Below are positions 59,881 through 64,000 of a stretch of 64,000 nt of DNA, piece after piece. The translations under genes were made by a program, and so were the position numbers. This DNA is from Macrostomum hystrix. Its lineage: Eukaryota; Animalia; Platyhelminthes. The stretch's first letter is position 1. Each line of letters opens with the position of its first letter. The notes under the pieces are model-generated. The model saw nothing but the letters and a program-made list of their open reading frames with translations. It had not been told where the DNA came from and made no database searches. The DNA lies in contig CATNEN010000024.1 of the NCBI GenBank assembly GCA_950097015.1, positions 1,116,001 to 1,180,000 of the forward strand, in the 5' to 3' direction.

Positions 59881-62413
59881 TTTATCCGGCAGGAGTCTAC
59901 TTCATCTAAAATGATTTTTTTAGTTTTTTACAATTTTGTATGTTAAGGCATACTTTTCTTTAAAAAAAACTCATTGCTCACTCAGTAAAAGTCACTAATT
60001 TTGATAAATTCCAAGGAATAGATCCTTTACAATCAAATCCAAAAATTTTGCTGAGAAAATTGACACAAAGGGGTCGATAGACACAGCACACAACCATAAA
60101 ACGTATGGTCGAATTAGCAAGGAGAAATAAAACATGCATTACTTACTCAAAATAACTTTTCATCAGAAATCGGGTCAGATTAAGTTAAAACTCAGTGCTT
60201 AAATGTTTTAAAAGGTTTTAATTTTTAACACTAGGAAAGGAATCACAAACAAATAACTGCAACAATATTGCAAAAGTTGAAATTTCATAAATTCAAGGAA
60301 GCCATTCAAAAATCGGCAATAATGACATTTTTATCCCAAAAGAATTAAACACTGCAATATATACCTTCTGGTTAATATTTTTACTTTTTGTTTTTGCAGC
60401 ATACATAAGTTCAGAATTACCTTTTCGTAAAGCAAACCATCTTCTTAGAAAAAAGTTTAAATAACGAAAAGCAAAGCAATTTGCTTCGTAAAGACATGAG
60501 TATGATGTTTCGGATATAATATCGGGTAGCGAATAAGTAGGGCCTAACTAAACAACTTTTAACTTTAATAACTTTCGAATGCATTAAGCCTCGCTGAATA
60601 GTAGCAATCATGCCCATCGACACCATAGACAGAACTTTTTAAATGATCATTTACTTTACTATTGACCCTAACACACTAAGCACCACTCAGTAGGCCTATA
60701 TTCAAGCGCATATGGGTGAAGAATTGTTATTTTTATGCGGAAGTCTAGTGAAAATTAATATATTTATTTATCTATTTCGCTGAGTGTGTTTATTTCATGT
60801 TTCAAACTTCGTCAATTACAATAATCAATAGCCTCCATATCCTAGTTTTCTAATTTAATCTTGTCAAGGGTTTTAATCTAACCTAGACTTATTAAGCATG
60901 GAATCCACTTTGCTGACAACAATTTTGGTAACAATCTATTTTCAGCCTAATGGCAGGCAAATAATTTAAACCAACAATTTGCTTTAACAGTGGCATTAAC
61001 AGTTTTCTAATTTCTTTTGTTTTAAATAACCACTTAATGTCTGCAACATGTTCATTTAAGTAAAAAAAAGTACATTATTTCAGGGCCTCTGGGGTGAGAT
61101 GGTGCGTATATAACCCCCAATTTCACATACCAAACAAATGTCACCAACCTAGATTTGTGATTGGACCAGATTCCCCTTCACTAGCTTGGATAAAATGTGT
61201 AGATATGTATATGTATGTATTTGTATAGTTATATATAGGCCTAGTATCAGCTCAATAGCTACTTAGGCTTTCAAGCTTTGTAACATAACCTATTTCTAGT
61301 ACAGTTTAGTTTGTTCATAGGCCTAGTTAATAGAAAATTAGCCAGAAAGTTTTTAAGGAATTTTCCAAAATTGCATTTGTTATTAAAGCTATTTTAGTTT
61401 AGTTTTTTGTTTTAGTATCTTAAATAAATAAGCTTACCTAGCTATTTATATATTAGTCTATCATTAGCTAGCTAGAGTAACTAATAGCCAGCCAGACTCT
61501 AGGCATTCATTTATTATAAATTTATATTGACTGGCTAGGCCTAGCTAATATTTTTTTTGAAATTAAAATGGCATAGTAATGAATCAATAAAATTGTAGGT
61601 CCATCAGCCAAGACAAAAGTTAAGCTAAAAATAGTTATAAAACATTAAAAGTTTTTATTATGTAGTATAGCCACAATGATGCTCCATGCTTAATATAGTT
61701 TGCATTATCCAAATAACATCACAAATAAGAGTTTATAATATTCGAGTTTTTTAGCAAAGCTTAATCATTTTAGGAAGTATAAAAAAGTTTCCTATAATTT
61801 GTAAACAAAAAATTTTATTCATAAAATAATCTGATGAAGTTTGCATAAAATGAGAAATAATTTTTATAAGCAAACAATAAAGATTAACACAAATATGAAC
61901 CATTTTGTAAAGTTTTTAATTATAGTTTTGTCTAATCTTTTAGACAATGCTTCATATCTTAAAATGAAGTGCAAATTAAATTCTTGCAACTGGCATGAAA
62001 GCACTAGATTGAGAATGAGTTCTCTAATAGTCTGTGGAGTGAGTTCACCATCACACCAACCCAAATTTCTACCCTAGCTAATGCAAGTACCCATTTAATA
62101 GCTGGATGAACTAGAGCACTAGGAAACTAAGTGTTTGACCAAGAACACAGATTTTTCCCTTGGGCTATGATTTAATGCTTCCTTCTTACTTACATTTTTT
62201 GTATGTCTTTCTAAAGAAGAAATAAGAAAAAAGAAATAAATGTATGTTTATTAAATAAATAGCAAGTTTGAAAAGAAAAGTTAAATATTTTCTATACAAA
62301 AAAAGAATCAATAGAACTAGGTTTTTATTTTTTCCATCGATGTTTCATGCTAAATGACTGGATAATAGAGGATAATAGACTTAGTATAAGCAAAATAAAA
62401 CACAAAATTGCAG

Positions 62414-62879
62414 ATGCAAGGCTCAGCTGAACTGGACTCCTGTCGTACAGAGTTTGCAGACACCCTGCAATCGCTACTGAACTGCCCTGAAAAATGGTAA
62501 ACAAATTGATTATTCCTAAAAGCCTTGGTCTTAAATCTTAAATCTAACCTCTTCACTATCCGCTAAATTCTCAGCAAAATTATCCCACCGGCGGCTAATC
62601 CCACCGACGGCCAGTTGCACGATCATCTGGCAACACCGGGGCGTAAGCGCGGCCGTCGAGTTGGCGACTTCGAAGACTACCTGCGCGCCCGTAGCGAGAT
62701 GGACGGCGCCGGTGGCAAGCATCAGCGCGAGCAGTTTATCATTAAACTATTCGACCGCCTGATGGATTTTGGACCATTCTTGGACATGTCCGAGGGACGG
62801 ACTGACGGCTGTCCAATCTATCCCATGGCCAGGGCCTGGGTGGCCAATCTTAACGCTTGGGAGCAAAAATCTGACACTA
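62414..62879 (+). CDS. LIN37: LIN37-like MuvB/DREAM complex subunit, 5' exons; gene continues beyond the window
   Basis: Exon 62575-62879 encodes FIIKLFDRLMDFGPF..CPIYPMARAWVAN, matching the LIN37 KLFDRSVDL..PLYPICRAW motif. Putative exon 62414-62495 (ELDSCRTEFADTLQSLL) is one base out of phase with it; unresolved. Confidence 0.8.
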
Positions 62880-62924
62880 GTGAGATCCGATGCCACCTGA
62901 CACATTAGGACGCAATAAGCTTGT

Positions 62925-64000
62925 CTGACCCACTGAGGGAACGGTGGTAGCCTGAGTCTGTGACCCACTGAGGGAACGATGGTAGCCTGAGTCTGTGACC
63001 CACTGAGGGAACGGTGGTAGCCTGAGACTATGATCCACTGAGGGAACGGTGGTAGCCTCAGTCTGTAACCCACTGAGGGAACGGTGGAAGCCTGAGACTA
63101 TGATCCACTGAGGGAACGGTGGTAGCCTGAGATTATGATCCACTGAGGGAACGGTGGAAGCCTGAGACTATGATCCACTGAGGGAATGGTGGTAGCCTGA
63201 GACTATGATTCACTGAGGGAACGGTGGTAGCCTGAGTCTGTGACCCACTGAGGGAACGGTGGTAGCCTGAGACTATGATTCACTGAGAGAACGGTGGTAG
63301 CCTGAGTCTGTGACCCACTGAGGGAACGATGGTAGCCTGAGTCTGTGACCCACTGAGGGAACGGTGGTAGCCTGAGACTATGATTCACTGAGGGAACGGT
63401 GGTAGCCTGAGTCTGTGACCCACTGAGGGAACGATGGTAGCCTGAGTCTGTGACCCACTGAGGGAACGGTGGTAGCCTGAGACTATGATCCACTGAGGGA
63501 ATGGTGGTAGCCTGAGACTATGATTCACTGAGGGAACGGTGGTAGCCTGAGTCTGTGACCCACTGAGGGAACGATGGTAGCCTGAGTCTGTGACCCACTG
63601 AGGGAACGGTGGTAGCCTGAGACTGTGATCCACTGAGGGAACGGTGGAAGCCTGAGACTATGATCCACTGAGGGAACGGTGGTAGCCTGAGACTATGATC
63701 CACTGAGGGAACGGTGGAAGCCTGAGACTATGATCCACTGAGGGAACGGTGGAAGCCTGAGACTATGATCCACTGAGGGAACGGTGGAAGCCTGAGACTA
63801 TGATCCACTGAGGGAACGGTGGAAGCCTGAGACTATGATCCACTGAGGGAACGGTGGAAGCCTGAGACTATGATCCACTGAGGGAATGGTGGTAGCCTGA
63901 GACTATGATTCACTGAGGGAACGGTGGTAGCCTGAGACTATGATTCACTGAGGGAACGGTGGTAGCCTGAGACTATGATTCACTGAGGGAACGGTGGTAG
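62925..64000. repeat. 35-bp minisatellite in a LIN37 intron, running off the right edge
   Basis: Unit CACTGAGGGAACGGTGGTAGCCTGAGACTATGATC. Confidence 0.97.

Noticed and set aside
59900-62400. AT-rich interval with short ORFs between FBF1 and LIN37
   Set aside because: No domain, codon bias or splice chain seen; treated as ordinary intergenic/UTR sequence.
62815-62828. 14-bp exact match (AATCTATCCCATGG) between the 37-bp repeat unit and the LIN37 coding exon
   Set aside because: It encodes the conserved PIYPM motif; with about 20 arrays to compare, one such match is plausible by chance.
1717-64000. CRISPR interpretation of the repeat arrays
   Set aside because: Units are head-to-tail with no unique spacers, there are no cas genes, and the context is intron-containing eukaryotic genes.

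Overview
Eukaryotic (metazoan) genomic DNA. GC-rich, Ala/Gln/Pro-rich exons, short GT-AG introns and many introns filled by minisatellites suggest a free-living flatworm such as Macrostomum (inference only). I reconstructed spliced genes by hand: voltage-sensing phosphatase (TPTE/VSP, minus, runs off the left edge), a harmonin/whirlin-type PDZ scaffold, an NPC2/ML-domain protein, an orphan secreted 6-Cys peptide, two tandem Ly6/three-finger paralogues, tRNA-Arg(ACG), a PP2C phosphatase, a furin-2/PCSK5-like convertase, an MFSD4-like transporter with a large mucin-like loop, FBF1, and LIN37 (runs off the right edge). Mobile DNA includes a 5'-truncated RNase H-bearing non-LTR element, two tRNA-derived SINE families and a foldback MITE. 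About 20 minisatellite arrays cover roughly 18 kb (about 28%). The most unusual observations are: (1) a convertase intron built from about 24 branch-point-like 15-mers followed by about 14 tandem acceptor-GAG-donor units; (2) one 33-37 bp minisatellite family at four loci in both orientations, including an inverted pair in one pre-mRNA; (3) a cluster of small secreted proteins containing an orphan peptide and a Ly6 paralogue that has lost one cysteine and its GPI tail. All family assignments come from motif recognition, not database searches.
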